A DNA stretch of 64,000 bases. Origin: Candidatus Aenigmatarchaeota archaeon (GTDB lineage Archaea > Aenigmatarchaeota > Aenigmatarchaeia > Aenigmatarchaeales > Aenigmatarchaeaceae). The stretch covers positions 34,369 to 98,368 of the forward strand of contig JBDRJK010000014.1 in the NCBI GenBank assembly GCA_043814985.1. Direction: 5' to 3'. The position numbers and the translations under genes were made by a program. The notes under the pieces are model-generated. The model searched no databases. It was not told where the DNA came from and was given only the letters and a program-made list of their open reading frames with translations. How positions within the stretch are numbered: the first letter of the stretch is position 1; each line of letters starts with the position of its first letter. Shown here one piece after another: positions 37,668 through 47,374 of the stretch.

Positions 37668-39155
37668 ATGAAAGCAGCGATATTATTACTTGCGTTTTTG
37701 GTTGCGATGGCCTGCCCTGCGCTCGCGACAGGCTCAATATCAATATCGAGCGTAAGCATGCCTTCCAGCGTGACTACGGGGGACACCTTTACAATTACAA
37801 TGTCTGTCACAGGCTCTGAGGTCAGCGATGTAAGCGGTTCGTTGACTTTGCCGACAGGACTTAGCTGCACACCGTCTGGTTCGCAGTCCATATCAATGTC
37901 AGGCGGTTCTGGAAGCACAAGCTGGTCGTGCACTGCGTCGGTTGCAGGAGACTATACAAACCAGATAACTGCGAGCGTGGCTGCATTGGATTCCGGGACA
38001 GGCCAGCCGCTTTCTGACAGCTCACAGACAGGCCTGCAGGTGATGACGCCTGCATCTCTAACGTCATCATCATCAATAGCGTCTTCAAGCATAGTCGCGG
38101 GCGGTTCGACTACACTCACGGTAGGCGTGAACAACGCGGGCGGAACGACCACGACATATAACATATCCATGTCTTGCACAGGGCTTTCATGCTCACCTTC
38201 ATCTGTCTCGAGCAATAGCATAGATGGGAACACCATAGCTTACCACACGTTTACCATAACCTCGACAAGTGCTGGCGCCTTTACAGCGACTGCTACCATA
38301 AGCGGGAACGGCCAGACACTAACAACATCCAAATCATTAACAGTAAGCTCTTCCGATTCCCAGCTTCCTGGAGGCGGAGGCTCTCCCGGAGGTGGCGGTG
38401 CATCTACCAGAACTTTTACAATGAGGTACAAAAAGGGAAACTGTAACATAACCGTGCCATCAATGGTTGCCAACAGCATAATGAACTTTACAATAGCAAA
38501 GACAGAGGACATAGCATTCAGGCAGATCAACGTTTCTGTTGCAAGGACTGCCAACAACACAAAAATAATTATCAACAGGATTATGGCATTGCCGGACTCA
38601 GTAGGCCACGACATACAAGGCAAGGTTTATCATTACATACAGATAGACAATATTAACATAACCGATGGCGACTTAAGCAGGGTTTACATAAAATTCGCTT
38701 TAAACAGATTATGGTTTGATGAAAACGGCATAGGAATGCAAAACATCAGCCTCTACAGGTGGGAAGGTGATGGATGGAACGAATTGCCCACAACATACAT
38801 GAGCGAAGACGCTTCCGAAGTTATTTATCAAGCAGAGTCGCCGGGCTTCTCGATTTTTGCAATAGGGTCTGGCGGTGCAGAAACAATAACCGAAGAAGGG
38901 CAGGCAGGCTGTACAGAGAGCTGGTCGTGCACTGAGTGGTCCGAGTGCGCAGACAACCTTCAGACAAGAGGGTGCACAGACTTCGGCGCCTGCGGCACAT
39001 ACGCAAGCAAACCGTTCGAGTCACAAGAGTGCCAGGTTGTTGCAGAGACACAGTTCCCGATGGTTGAGGTCTCTATAGTAGTTCTTGTAGCAATAATCCT
39101 GATAATCGGTTTTCTCGCAGCAAAAGGGAAAATAAATCTTAATAAAAACAAGTGA
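37668..39155 (+). CDS. cell-surface protein (495 aa) with a Ser/Thr-rich N-terminal region, a conserved C-terminal module and a TM anchor
   Basis: Signal peptide MKAAILLLAFLVAMACPALA. C-terminal ~230 aa are homologous to the C-terminus of the 27678 gene product (KTEDIAFR...GKVYHYI...ISLYRWE..WNELPT...SPGFS.FAIG...C.ESWSCTEWSEC...). TM helix IVVLVAIILIIGFLAA. GC-rich like its upstream neighbour, 2 nt away. Confidence 0.6.
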   Translation: MKAAILLLAFLVAMACPALATGSISISSVSMPSSVTTGDTFTITMSVTGSEVSDVSGSLTLPTGLSCTPSGSQSISMSGGSGSTSWSCTASVAGDYTNQITASVAALDSGTGQPLSDSSQTGLQVMTPASLTSSSSIASSSIVAGGSTTLTVGVNNAGGTTTTYNISMSCTGLSCSPSSVSSNSIDGNTIAYHTFTITSTSAGAFTATATISGNGQTLTTSKSLTVSSSDSQLPGGGGSPGGGGASTRTFTMRYKKGNCNITVPSMVANSIMNFTIAKTEDIAFRQINVSVARTANNTKIIINRIMALPDSVGHDIQGKVYHYIQIDNINITDGDLSRVYIKFALNRLWFDENGIGMQNISLYRWEGDGWNELPTTYMSEDASEVIYQAESPGFSIFAIGSGGAETITEEGQAGCTESWSCTEWSECADNLQTRGCTDFGACGTYASKPFESQECQVVAETQFPMVEVSIVVLVAIILIIGFLAAKGKINLNKNK

Positions 39156-39173
39156 ATTTTTCTTAGTTTAGAA

Positions 39174-40415
39174 TCAGATATTGACAACATCCCCGTTCTT
39201 GGGAGCTATTGTGTCAAAGCCCCTACCTCTCAGCTCAGTTGCAAACCTTTCACAGTAGTCTCCGTGCAGGCACATGACCTTCTCCGGGTTTATATTGTTG
39301 ACAAACTTGAACAGGTCGGCCCTTCCCACATGAGCTGAAAAGTCCATCCTTTGTATGTTCATCTTTATCTTCAAATCAAAACCTTCTGTGACAAACCTTC
39401 CCGTGTCAACAAGGTATCTTCCGGCTGTCTTCGGTATAAGGAAGCCAGTGAATATTATGGAGCTTTCAGGACTGTTGTACAATGACTTGACATAGCCTAC
39501 AGAAGGCCCTCCTTCCAGGAGCCCTGATGTCGTTATAATCGCGCAGGGCTTCTTTGTTATGGCCCTCCTCTGCTCTGCAGATTCTATTGTCCTGACATTC
39601 TTGAAAGCCTTTCTCAAAGCCTTGGCATCTCTAATAAATTCTGGATAGCTCAGTGATATTTCAGTTGCTTTTCTTGCCATGCCATCCAGATAAACAGGAA
39701 AATCATGCTTGAAGGAATCAACAACCATCAGAACTTCTGCTGCTCTTCCAATGGCAAATGATGGAATGATAGCAACCCCCTCGTTGGCGATTGTTCCCTC
39801 AATGGCTTCGAAAAAATCCTTTTCCACCTCCTTTCTAGGTGGATGGTCCCTGTTGGAGTAGGTGCTTTCCATTATAAGCAGGTCAACATCCTTGACATCT
39901 ATCTTGGCGCCCTTGAGCAATCTTGTATCATTTGTGTTGAAGTCGGAAGTGTAAAGGATTCTCTTGCCTCCCATTTCCAATAAGCAGCAGAAGCTTCCTG
40001 GTATGTGCCCGGCATTGTAGAATTCCATTGAATAGTCATTGGTCTCAAACCTCTGGCCATATGTTATCCTGGTTTCATTCTTTTTCATCTTTGCAACGCC
40101 CACTTTGGTGAAAGGCAATTTCTTGTTCTCATATCTGGCTATTTTCATACTGTCTCTCAGGAGAAGATGTGTAAGTTCAAAGGTAGTGATTGTTGACAGC
40201 ACATTAGGCTTCATCTTCCCGAACAGCTTGGGAGCAGAACCAATATGGTCCAGGTGGCCATGATTTAATACAAGCGTATCAACTTTACTTGGGCTCAATG
40301 GAGACTCACCAGTTTCAACCTTGACCCCATAGTCAAAAAGTATGCTTTTCTTCCCTTCAATAAGGACAGCATTCTTGCCGACTTCCCTGAAGCCTCCTAG
40401 GCATCTTATCTTCAT
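39174..40415 (-). CDS. metallo-beta-lactamase/beta-CASP ribonuclease (aCPSF2-like, no KH domains)
   Basis: 413 aa. MBL motif 2 LVLNHGHLDHIGSAP. Beta-CASP-sized C-terminal half. Lacks the N-terminal KH domains of aCPSF1. Confidence 0.7.
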   Translation of the reverse strand: MKIRCLGGFREVGKNAVLIEGKKSILFDYGVKVETGESPLSPSKVDTLVLNHGHLDHIGSAPKLFGKMKPNVLSTITTFELTHLLLRDSMKIARYENKKLPFTKVGVAKMKKNETRITYGQRFETNDYSMEFYNAGHIPGSFCCLLEMGGKRILYTSDFNTNDTRLLKGAKIDVKDVDLLIMESTYSNRDHPPRKEVEKDFFEAIEGTIANEGVAIIPSFAIGRAAEVLMVVDSFKHDFPVYLDGMARKATEISLSYPEFIRDAKALRKAFKNVRTIESAEQRRAITKKPCAIITTSGLLEGGPSVGYVKSLYNSPESSIIFTGFLIPKTAGRYLVDTGRFVTEGFDLKIKMNIQRMDFSAHVGRADLFKFVNNINPEKVMCLHGDYCERFATELRGRGFDTIAPKNGDVVNI

Positions 40416-40464
40416 AGTATTCCTAATTCTTTTCGTACTTTATTAAGGTTATTAAAGAATAGTG

Positions 40465-40986
40465 CTACTTGCCTTTCTTTTTTCTATATTTATATTCAGC
40501 TAACCTGCATAGTTGATGAGCGGGATTATTCTCGCTTTTTATTTCCTTGTATTTAATGTTATAGCTCCTTCTTATGTCTTGAACATCTTTTATTTTTTTC
40601 TCCAATATTTCTAATTCAGCTTCTGTAAGTCCATTATTTTCTTTGTTCAGGGACTTTGCAACATTCTTGGACCTTCCCATTAAATCAACTAATTGTCTGC
40701 AGTCAGAAGATATAGAAACACGATTGTCTCCGTTTCCATATTTTTTGCAATAAATTTTATTGCAATAATGAGGTATAGTTATTATAGCATCAAAGTTCGC
40801 CGTTGCCTCGGCCATAAAAGTAGTGTGCGGAGAAACAGTTTTTACATCATAAATCTCCTGGATTTTAACCCTGTCGTTATCCTCTACAAGAATGCCTAAT
40901 GACACTTTACTATCATTTAGCAAATGCCCGTCAACATAAAGACTGAAAGGATACTCGTATGAGGGATAATGTAAAATCGAGTTCAT
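40465..40986 (-). CDS. hypothetical protein, possibly RNase H-like fold
   Basis: 173 aa. The ordered motifs SLYVDG ... FMAEATA ... VSISSDC loosely parallel the RNase HI D/E/D catalytic segments (FTDGS ... NNRMELMA ... LSTDSQY). Confidence 0.3.
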   Translation of the reverse strand: MNSILHYPSYEYPFSLYVDGHLLNDSKVSLGILVEDNDRVKIQEIYDVKTVSPHTTFMAEATANFDAIITIPHYCNKIYCKKYGNGDNRVSISSDCRQLVDLMGRSKNVAKSLNKENNGLTEAELEILEKKIKDVQDIRRSYNIKYKEIKSENNPAHQLCRLAEYKYRKKKGK

Positions 40987-41137
40987 AATCTAAATGAAAG
41001 AACAAGCTTTAAATCCTCATCCCAAAAAACAACCTTTGTTCCAAAGGAACGAAAGTATTAAATTTGTATTTGAACAATTTTATTAAACTGTTTCTTGTAA
41101 CAGATAAGTTAATATTTTTCTCCGCTTCATTAGTTTT

Positions 41138-41914
41138 ATGGAAAAGGCAGAAATCGGGTTTATTGGTGGCACTGGTCTTTACGATTCTTCAATGCTAAAG
41201 GACTCGTCCAAGATTGAAATAGATACAGACTATGGGAAAACTTCTGATGCATTTAATATCGGAACAATGAATGGAAAGAAGATTGCATTTCTTGCAAGGC
41301 ACGGTCAAGGCCACAGAATACCTCCTCACGAGCTGAACTTCAAGGCCAACATTAATGGCTTTGAGAAACTGGGAGCAAAAAGAATTGTCGCATGTTGCGC
41401 TGTTGGCTCTCTGAAGGAAGAGTACAAGCCAGGAGACATTGTGATACCTGACCAGTTCATTGACTGGAAAAAGACAATGGCAACATTTTACAACACGGGA
41501 AATGTTAAGCATGTTTCTTTGGCTGATCCGTTCTGTTCAGAGATAAGAGAGGCGCTGATAATAACCTGCAAGGACTTGGGAATAAGATTTCATGATAGGG
41601 GAACCTATCTCTGTGTTGAGGGTCCGAGGTTCTCGACAAGGGCTGAGAGCAGGATGTTCAGGAAATTCGCAGAGATAATTGGGATGACTGGTATACCAGA
41701 AGCAATTTTGGCAAGGGAAAGGGAAATCTGTCTTGGTATATTGGCAACAGTAAGTGATTATGATGTGTGGGCAGACAAGCCTGTTACATTCGAAGAGATT
41801 AAGAAAACAATGAAAGAAAACAACGAAAAGGTAAAGCAAATAATAAAGGAAGTTGTGAAAAACATTCCTGATGAGAGAAACTGTGTTTGTAAGGATGCTT
41901 TGAAATCCGCTTAG
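41138..41914 (+). CDS. S-methyl-5'-thioadenosine phosphorylase (MTAP, PNP/MTAP family)
   Basis: 258 aa. N-terminus AEIGFIGGTGLYD matches the MTAP glycine-rich phosphate loop. Length and motifs fit PNP family I. Confidence 0.7.
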   Translation: MEKAEIGFIGGTGLYDSSMLKDSSKIEIDTDYGKTSDAFNIGTMNGKKIAFLARHGQGHRIPPHELNFKANINGFEKLGAKRIVACCAVGSLKEEYKPGDIVIPDQFIDWKKTMATFYNTGNVKHVSLADPFCSEIREALIITCKDLGIRFHDRGTYLCVEGPRFSTRAESRMFRKFAEIIGMTGIPEAILAREREICLGILATVSDYDVWADKPVTFEEIKKTMKENNEKVKQIIKEVVKNIPDERNCVCKDALKSA

Positions 41915-41961
41915 GGCAACTGTTATATAAACAATTATATTAAAATTAAAATAGTGATTTT

Positions 41962-42990
41962 ATGAAAGCCTACAAGAATTTAGAAGAACGTGTAAATCTT
42001 GTCAAGCGTAATACTGTTGAAGTTCTCACTGACGAAGAATTGGTTGAGCTGTTAAAAACCAAAAAGCAACCAACAGTATATCACGGACGGGCAATTACTG
42101 GTCCTTTGCATATTGGACATTTGATTCCTTTGGGTAAGCTTTTTGATTTTAATAGAGCAGACATAAAAGTTAAAATTTTGTTGGCTGACATTCATGCAGC
42201 TCTTGATGATTTAAAGTCAAAATGGGAGGACCTTGACAAAAGAGCCGAATATACTCGTAAATGCATTGAGTTGTCATTTGACTGGCCAAAGAAACTTAAT
42301 TTCGTAAAAGGTTCTGACTTCCAGCTTGAAAAGAACTATGTTATGGATATTTGGAAGATTGCTACAATTGCTACAGTTGTCAGAACCACAAGGGCTGCAT
42401 CAGAGGTCACTAGGATGAAGAACCCTAAGACAAGCGAGTTGGTCTATCCAATAATGCAGGCTTTGGATGAGCAATATCTTGATGCTGACATACAGCTTGG
42501 GGGAACTGATCAGAGACATATAATGGCTTTTGCTAGGGAATACCTGCCTAAGATAGGATATAAAAAGAGGGTTGAGATTATGACTCCCTTATCTGCTTCA
42601 TTACTTGGTTCTGGGACCAAGATGAGTTCGTCCATACCTGCCAGTGTCATAAAAGTCTATGATTCTGAGGAGTCAATAAAAAAGAAAATAAACAAGTCAT
42701 ACTGTCCTGCCAAGATAGTTGAGAACAATCCTATAATCCAGATAGCTTCAATGCTGATAATTCCTATAGATGGAAAGTTATCCATAAAGAGGGACAAGAA
42801 GTTCGGTGGTGATATTGACATCACATCTTCAGAACAACTTGAAAAACTTTTTGTTAATGGAGAACTTCATCCAGCTGATTTGAAAAATGCAGTTACAACA
42901 TATCTGATAAACAAATTCAAACCAGTAAGGAATTATTTTGAAAAAAATACTGATATCTTGAAAGATTTGGGAAATGAATTCTTGCCTTAG
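41962..42990 (+). CDS. tyrS: tyrosyl-tRNA synthetase, archaeal type
   Basis: 342 aa. Class I HIGH motif present as GPLHIGHLIPL and KMSKS as KMSSS. The short form without a C-terminal S4 domain is typical of archaea. Confidence 0.8.
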   Translation: MKAYKNLEERVNLVKRNTVEVLTDEELVELLKTKKQPTVYHGRAITGPLHIGHLIPLGKLFDFNRADIKVKILLADIHAALDDLKSKWEDLDKRAEYTRKCIELSFDWPKKLNFVKGSDFQLEKNYVMDIWKIATIATVVRTTRAASEVTRMKNPKTSELVYPIMQALDEQYLDADIQLGGTDQRHIMAFAREYLPKIGYKKRVEIMTPLSASLLGSGTKMSSSIPASVIKVYDSEESIKKKINKSYCPAKIVENNPIIQIASMLIIPIDGKLSIKRDKKFGGDIDITSSEQLEKLFVNGELHPADLKNAVTTYLINKFKPVRNYFEKNTDILKDLGNEFLP

Positions 42991-43014
42991 AAGTTACAAG
43001 ATGATTGTAAACAA

Positions 43015-43980
43015 TTATATCTCAATAATACGTTCTTTTATTGCCTGACCGAAATGCGTTGCAACTGGTTCTGAAACATAAGCCTTAACCGAGTCTCCAG
43101 GCTTTATTTTGGTTACTGGTATTGAGCCATCAGGAGAAACGATTCTTACAGTTTCTGCGTTCTGTGAGCATATGGTGCCTGTCTTATCTCCGTATTGTGC
43201 TTTTATGAATATCATTGGCCTCATCTCCTTTTTCAGAACCGCCGCATAGGCCTTTCTAGTCTTGCCCTCATAGTTTACAGCTAAGACATCTTCGCAGATT
43301 TGGTCCATGGACTTTAAGTCGTCCAGATATTTTGGGGAGAAGCCATTACCTGAAAATACCTGCGTATACATTCTAGCAGCTCCAGCATTCACCCTCCAAT
43401 CCCTTTTGTTGACAAAGGGGTTTTCATCAGTCTCAGCATCAGGCAAGAACATAAAATCAGTTTTGAAACCAACCAATAATCCTTCCCTCTTCTCAAAAGA
43501 TGCGATTGTGTCCACACAAACCCTCTTACCTATGTCCGCTCTTTTGGTTTCAACAACCTCAGCGTTAACCAAGTTAAGTTTAGGAGGGGATTGATAATAA
43601 GAACAGAAATCTTCTATCTTTTCTGGGTCGCTCACAACAAAACCGTCAACGCCCATTTCAAGAGCATTTGCGAGGGCCTTTGAGCCTTCTATATCATTGG
43701 TCTTGACTAAAACCTTTGTATTGCTTTTCTGTGTTAGGGCAATCAGATTTTCAGTTGGTATGGCCTCCCAATCCGTGAAGTTAGCAATTAGATAATTCAC
43801 ACCTTTCAATTTTCTTCCAACAGCCTCTATATCCTCCTGAGAACTTATTTTAACTTCCTTGTAACCTTTTGGTAAAGTTGGCAGGTTTCCTTTGCTCTGT
43901 CCTAGTATTCCAGTGGCATTATATTTTATTACATCATCTTCCAAGTCTTCTTTTCTACAATCAACCCATATTTCTTTCAT
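43015..43980 (-). CDS. 3-dehydroquinate synthase II (archaeal aroB', DKFP/ADH-pathway type)
   Basis: 321 aa. N-terminal MKEIWVD...VVSDPEKIEDF and overall pattern resemble the MJ1249-type DHQ synthase II family. Adjacent to the aroA'-type aldolase, as is common in archaea. Confidence 0.65.
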   Translation of the reverse strand: MKEIWVDCRKEDLEDDVIKYNATGILGQSKGNLPTLPKGYKEVKISSQEDIEAVGRKLKGVNYLIANFTDWEAIPTENLIALTQKSNTKVLVKTNDIEGSKALANALEMGVDGFVVSDPEKIEDFCSYYQSPPKLNLVNAEVVETKRADIGKRVCVDTIASFEKREGLLVGFKTDFMFLPDAETDENPFVNKRDWRVNAGAARMYTQVFSGNGFSPKYLDDLKSMDQICEDVLAVNYEGKTRKAYAAVLKKEMRPMIFIKAQYGDKTGTICSQNAETVRIVSPDGSIPVTKIKPGDSVKAYVSEPVATHFGQAIKERIIEI

Positions 43981-44012
43981 ACAACCACTGAATGAAATTT
44001 TAAGAAAAATAA

Positions 44013-44876
44013 TTATCTCATATATTTTACTAGGGCCTTTTCAACAGTCAATCCCTCATGAACAATCCCACACATTGTTCTTACCATGGCAGTTGGATTT
44101 TCATGTTGGAATGTATTCCTTCCTATTGAGAGACCAGCACCACCGGCCTGTATTGAACCGTAGACAATATCCAAAAATTCTTTTTCTGAATCTGTTTTTG
44201 GACCGCCTGCTATCACAACTGGAACAGGACAACCTTCAGTAACTTCTCTGAATGAATCTACAGAACCAGTATAGTTGGTTTTAATTATGTTCGCACCCAA
44301 TTCAGCCCCAAGACGTGCAGCATGGCTGACAGCTTCAACAATAAATTGATAATCTTTCTTACCTTTTAATTCATATCTCTTATCTAAATCTTCCTTTAAT
44401 TTTAGCCCCCTTGGATACATCATTGCAAGTAAAGGCATTTCCCATTCATTACATATTTTTGATGTTTCACCAAGATATTTTAATTGCTGTGCCTCAGTCT
44501 CAGAGCCCATATTCACATGAACAGAAACAGCATCAGCCCCATATTTTATGGCTTCTTCCACAGTTGCTACTGGCACTTTATTATCTGGATCTGGCCCCCA
44601 TTTAGTACTTGCTGACATATGCATTATAAGCCCGATATCTTTTCCAGAGCCTTCAGAACCTCTGTAGCCAGCTTCTATAATACCTTTATGTGTTATTACA
44701 GCATTCGCCCCTCCCATTGCAGCTGCATCAATTGCTTGTGACATATTCTTGAGACCTTTTATAGGTCCTTCTGACACTCCATGATCCATAGGAACTATTA
44801 CAGTCTTTCCGCTCTTCCTATCAAATATCCTGTCCATTCTGATTTGTTTTCCAATACCCATAAGATTACCTATCAA
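44013..44876 (-). CDS. 2-amino-3,7-dideoxy-D-threo-hept-6-ulosonate synthase / DhnA-type class I aldolase (aroA')
   Basis: 287 aa. DhnA-family pattern [18 protein letters not shown] ... [10 protein letters not shown] ... IIKTNYTG (Schiff-base Lys region) ... VVIAGGPK. Confidence 0.65.
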   Translation of the reverse strand: MIGNLMGIGKQIRMDRIFDRKSGKTVIVPMDHGVSEGPIKGLKNMSQAIDAAAMGGANAVITHKGIIEAGYRGSEGSGKDIGLIMHMSASTKWGPDPDNKVPVATVEEAIKYGADAVSVHVNMGSETEAQQLKYLGETSKICNEWEMPLLAMMYPRGLKLKEDLDKRYELKGKKDYQFIVEAVSHAARLGAELGANIIKTNYTGSVDSFREVTEGCPVPVVIAGGPKTDSEKEFLDIVYGSIQAGGAGLSIGRNTFQHENPTAMVRTMCGIVHEGLTVEKALVKYMR

Positions 44877-45031
44877 ACAATTGAACAGAAAGCTTTAAAT
44901 CCCTTTTTTTCCAATTAATTTTGTTGGTTAAATGAGAAGCAGACTCTACTTCAAGTATACACAGTATTTCTTTACATTTATGTAGAGTCAACACTTTTCT
45001 TCTCAACTCTTCTGAAAAAAGGTGTTGAATA

Positions 45032-46327
45032 ATGACAATAGTTCATAAATTCGGTGGCGGCATAATAAGAGACGGAAGCGGTCTTGCAGACATAGAAATG
45101 GTTACTAGAAGCTATGATGTTCCGCAACTAATTGTTGTTTCTGCCCTGAAAGGTGTTACAAATGAATTAAGAGAATATTTGGAAAGAGACGAACCCAACA
45201 TTGCCAGAAGCACTATAGTAAATTATGCCCTTACTGGAAGAGACTGGATTAAAGGCAATAATGAACGCGATTCATTTCTCAGAAAATTAAAAGATTTACA
45301 AGAAGAATTGCTAGACCCAGAGTTAAAAGTTGATGAAGTCCTATCTTTCGGAGAAAGGCTCTCCACAGAATTTTGTTATCATGCCCTAAAATCTAGGGGA
45401 ATAGATGTAGGTAAAGTCAATTATGATAGATACCATCCTCTCGATTTCTCAATCATCTGTTCTGAACATAAAGAGGATGCTGATCCAATACTTGAAAAAA
45501 CAAAAAACAATTTTGGCTTAGTAAAAGAAAAGATGGAAGAGCATGATGTAGTTGTTTTGCCAGGCTTTATTGGGGTAACTGAACTAGGTGAATTGAGAAC
45601 ATTGGGTAGGGGCGGTTCGGATACCACTGCTCTAGCTTCTGCTTATGCATTAGATGTAAATGAAGTTAATCTATGGAAAGATACAAAGGGAGTAAGAACA
45701 GCTGACCCGGGAATAGTTAAAAATACTAGATTAATACCTCACATTTCATATTCGGAAGCAAACAATATGACCAAGTCTGGGGCAAAGATAGTGCAGCACA
45801 AATCATCCAAACTTGCTGAAGAAACCGGAATCAAAATGAGAATACCTTATATTAAGGATTCAAGTATTTTCACTGTTATTAATGGTGAAAGGAGAGCAGA
45901 AGAGCCTCTGGTAAAGTATGTTGGAGGGACCGACAGTGCAAAAATGATATCATGTAGTTTTGACGAATTTCTTGAAATAAGAGAAGAATGCCAAAAGCAA
46001 AACCAACAGGACGATTTTTTTATACTTCATGGAAACTACAACAATTTAAGAGTCTTGATTTTGAATAATAAAAATAATATCCACAAAGGCAAAAAAGTTG
46101 GTGTGGCTACTTTGGTTGGTGACAGATTAAAAGAAACAAAGGGTGTATTAGAAAGAGCTTCTCACCAATTGAGGGAACAGAAAATAAATATTATTGACTA
46201 TGGTAGTGGTGGTGAGGAAGAATTGTACATGTCTTTTATATTGAAAGATACTCTTACAAAACCCTCAATAAGAGCATTACACAAGAAATTCATAGAGGAA
46301 GACACATTCTGGAAGAACAGAAATTAA
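45032..46327 (+). CDS. aspartate kinase
   Basis: 431 aa. N-terminal KFGGG and the hallmark TLGRGGSDTTALASAYALDVNEVNLWKDTKGVRTADP match aspartokinase (TLGRGGSDy.A..lA.aL.a..v.iWTDV.GvyTaDP). The C-terminal ~130 aa are ACT-like. Confidence 0.7.
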   Translation: MTIVHKFGGGIIRDGSGLADIEMVTRSYDVPQLIVVSALKGVTNELREYLERDEPNIARSTIVNYALTGRDWIKGNNERDSFLRKLKDLQEELLDPELKVDEVLSFGERLSTEFCYHALKSRGIDVGKVNYDRYHPLDFSIICSEHKEDADPILEKTKNNFGLVKEKMEEHDVVVLPGFIGVTELGELRTLGRGGSDTTALASAYALDVNEVNLWKDTKGVRTADPGIVKNTRLIPHISYSEANNMTKSGAKIVQHKSSKLAEETGIKMRIPYIKDSSIFTVINGERRAEEPLVKYVGGTDSAKMISCSFDEFLEIREECQKQNQQDDFFILHGNYNNLRVLILNNKNNIHKGKKVGVATLVGDRLKETKGVLERASHQLREQKINIIDYGSGGEEELYMSFILKDTLTKPSIRALHKKFIEEDTFWKNRN

Positions 46328-46477
46328 TCAAGCTTAAATAATTTACTTTTCATAAAAGCTTATATGTTGGGCACACTTGAAAAACTTTCAATCAAGATTT
46401 CTCTATCTTCATCTGGCTCATGCTGTTCAGAATAATTCCATTGGAATAATTCTTCTTTAAATTATGAGGGGATAAAA

Positions 46478-47374
46478 ATGACAAAAATATATGTTGCTGG
46501 CGGGCTGGATGGAAACAGGATAGCAGAATCCTGTGGTGTAGACCTGGCACCAAAAATCGAGGACGCCGAGATACTGGTTACAAGGAGCAAAACAAAAGTC
46601 AACAAGGAGCTAGTAGACAAAATGCCATACTTGAAGTACGTAATAACCGCCACTCACGGCATTGACAATCTCGATACTGAATACTTAACAAGAAAAGGAA
46701 TAGAATTTCACCCTGTTCCTGCCCAATCCTATGATGTCGCGCAGGGTGTTATAGGTTATATTTTAGCTCATGCCACAAACCTTGTAGAAGGAGACAGGTC
46801 AATGAAACGCGGTGAGTGGAAAAAGAAAGAATTCTTTGGTCACAGAATAAATGAGAAGACCTTGGGAATAATCGGTTGTGGGAAGATAGGTAGAAATATT
46901 AAGAAAATGGCTTCTGCTCTAGGTATGGATGTTGTTACTTTTGATGCGTGTGTTGAGACTGAGGAATCAGTGTCTTTTGAAGAACTCTTAAGAAAGTCAG
47001 ACTATGTGACTGTCAATGTTCCTCGAACCAAAGACACTATAAATTTGATAGGAAAGGAAGAGATTGAAATAATGAAAGAGGGGGCCTACATAATAAACAC
47101 AGCAAGGGGTGGAATAGTTGATGAGAAAGCCCTTCTTGAGGCAATAGATAGTGAGAAACTGTCTGGTGCTGCCTTGGATGTTTTTAAAAATAACTCTGAA
47201 AATAATCTACCATTTGGAGACAACAGTTCTGGAAGGCTAATAGCTCATGAAAAGGTAATAGCTACGCCGCATAGCATTGGTCAAAGCCAAGAGGCTGTTG
47301 ACGACAAGCATGAAGGAGTAATAAGAATCATTAAGAATTATATAAGTAATAATAACAAAATAGAAAGTGAGTAA
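46478..47374 (+). CDS. D-isomer-specific 2-hydroxyacid dehydrogenase (phosphoglycerate-dehydrogenase-like)
   Basis: 298 aa. NAD-binding GIIGCGKIGRNIKKMASALGMDV. A catalytic His-containing segment near the C-terminus (IATPHSIGQS). Confidence 0.6.
   Translation: MTKIYVAGGLDGNRIAESCGVDLAPKIEDAEILVTRSKTKVNKELVDKMPYLKYVITATHGIDNLDTEYLTRKGIEFHPVPAQSYDVAQGVIGYILAHATNLVEGDRSMKRGEWKKKEFFGHRINEKTLGIIGCGKIGRNIKKMASALGMDVVTFDACVETEESVSFEELLRKSDYVTVNVPRTKDTINLIGKEEIEIMKEGAYIINTARGGIVDEKALLEAIDSEKLSGAALDVFKNNSENNLPFGDNSSGRLIAHEKVIATPHSIGQSQEAVDDKHEGVIRIIKNYISNNNKIESE

Noticed and set aside
38240-38623. Minus-strand ORF with a PPPPGEPPPPG proline-rich stretch
   Set aside because: Antisense to the GGGSPGGGG linker region of the 495-aa surface protein. 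It is fully embedded in a well-supported gene.
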